From Calditrichota bacterium (lineage in GTDB: Bacteria; Electryoneota; AABM5-125-24; Hatepunaeales; Hatepunaeaceae), in NCBI GenBank assembly GCA_016867835.1, contig VGIQ01000001.1:10094-74093 (forward strand): 64,000 nucleotides of DNA. The letters are read 5' to 3'. The notes below the pieces were generated by a model. That model worked only from the letters and a program-made list of their open reading frames with translations, had not been told where the DNA came from and searched no databases. Shown piece by piece: positions 63,562-64,000 of this stretch. The first letter of the stretch is position 1; each line of letters opens with the position of its first letter. Made by a program: the position numbers and the translations under genes.

Positions 63562-64000
63562 ATGCCTTCATTTATCGCCCAAATCGTCACCCTCGTCCGA
63601 ACGCTCTTCCGCCGACTCCCGGCAGAGAAGCGAACCGGGATGATCGTCTCGTTCCTGCTCATTGCGGGCGCGACAGTGGCGCTCCTGATATGGGCCATCA
63701 GGCCGCAGTATAAGGTCCTCTACAGCGATCTATCGCTGGAGGATTCGGGGCAGATCGTCGAAGTCCTGCAGAAGGAAGCGATCCCGTTCAAGTTGGAACA
63801 GGAGGGCCGTCGCATCCTGGTGCCGTCGAGCGTCGTATATCAGACGCGTCTGAAGTTGGCGGCGTCCGAACTACCTCGCGAGCATGGCTCGGGTTGGGAA
63901 CTCTTCGACCGGTCGAATCTCGGCGTTACCGACTTCGTCCAGAAATTGAACTACCGTCGGGCGCTGGAGGGCGAACTGGCGCGTACGATATTGCAACTTG
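63562..64000 (+). CDS. fliF: flagellar M-ring protein FliF (N-terminal part; continues beyond window)
   Basis: TM helix then YKVLYSDLSLEDSGQIVEVLQKEAIPFKLE ... RRALEGELARTI. Confidence 0.8.
   Translation, partial: MPSFIAQIVTLVRTLFRRLPAEKRTGMIVSFLLIAGATVALLIWAIRPQYKVLYSDLSLEDSGQIVEVLQKEAIPFKLEQEGRRILVPSSVVYQTRLKLAASELPREHGSGWELFDRSNLGVTDFVQKLNYRRALEGELARTILQL

Overview
High-GC bacterial chromosomal segment (roughly 60% GC or above by eye, not computed), probably from an uncultivated lineage. The plus strand from about 1 to 40.3 kb carries hisC, a split leucine operon (leuB, leuC, marR, leuD), and then a large catabolic supercluster. The supercluster includes two thiolases, a fused 3-hydroxyacyl-CoA dehydrogenase/enoyl-CoA hydratase, an isopropylmalate/citramalate-synthase-family enzyme, two crotonases (one of ring-hydrolase length), an SDR, and a two-subunit 2-hydroxyacyl-CoA dehydratase / benzoyl-CoA-reductase-family enzyme with two distinct BadF/BadG/BcrA/BcrD ATPases. 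It continues with a ferredoxin, a NuoG-like + GltD-like ferredoxin:NAD(P)H oxidoreductase fusion, a Zn-ADH, a 2-oxoacid:ferredoxin oxidoreductase (alpha and beta subunits), and a MocA / XdhC / three-subunit molybdenum hydroxylase of the 4-hydroxybenzoyl-CoA reductase / xanthine dehydrogenase family. I interpret it as a candidate anaerobic aromatic / alicyclic acyl-CoA degradation cluster. The cluster is peppered with small selfish or accessory genes, several disrupted: a frameshifted DUF3800, a frameshifted GxxExxY gene, two disrupted four-helix-bundle genes, and an intact DUF559. It also carries several repeat families: palindromic gene-junction repeats that embed the stop codon, GC-rich hairpin repeats including an in-frame 4x39-bp expansion inside a dehydratase-family gene, composite nested-hairpin elements of the kind called REP/BIME in enterobacteria (hereafter REP/BIME-like), a MITE-like element of about 105 bp, and many short intergenic tandem repeats. 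A sharply low-GC island (about 20.7 to 22.9 kb), preceded by an AbrB/RelE-like toxin-antitoxin pair, encodes an HNH-nuclease-domain protein translationally coupled to a polytopic membrane protein. This is the best candidate for an undescribed (defence-like) two-gene system. The minus-strand block (40.5 to 57.3 kb) is housekeeping and signalling: a sigma-54 activator, a receiver-GGDEF protein, tmk, lgt, rsmI, tag, gmhA, plsC and an M29 aminopeptidase. The window ends with trxA, a class A PBP, a LIM-like/DA1-like zinc peptidase, and the start of a flagellar rod/MS-ring operon (flgB, flgC, fliE, fliF) behind a textbook sigma-54 promoter. All functional calls rest on motif recognition by eye; no database searches were run.
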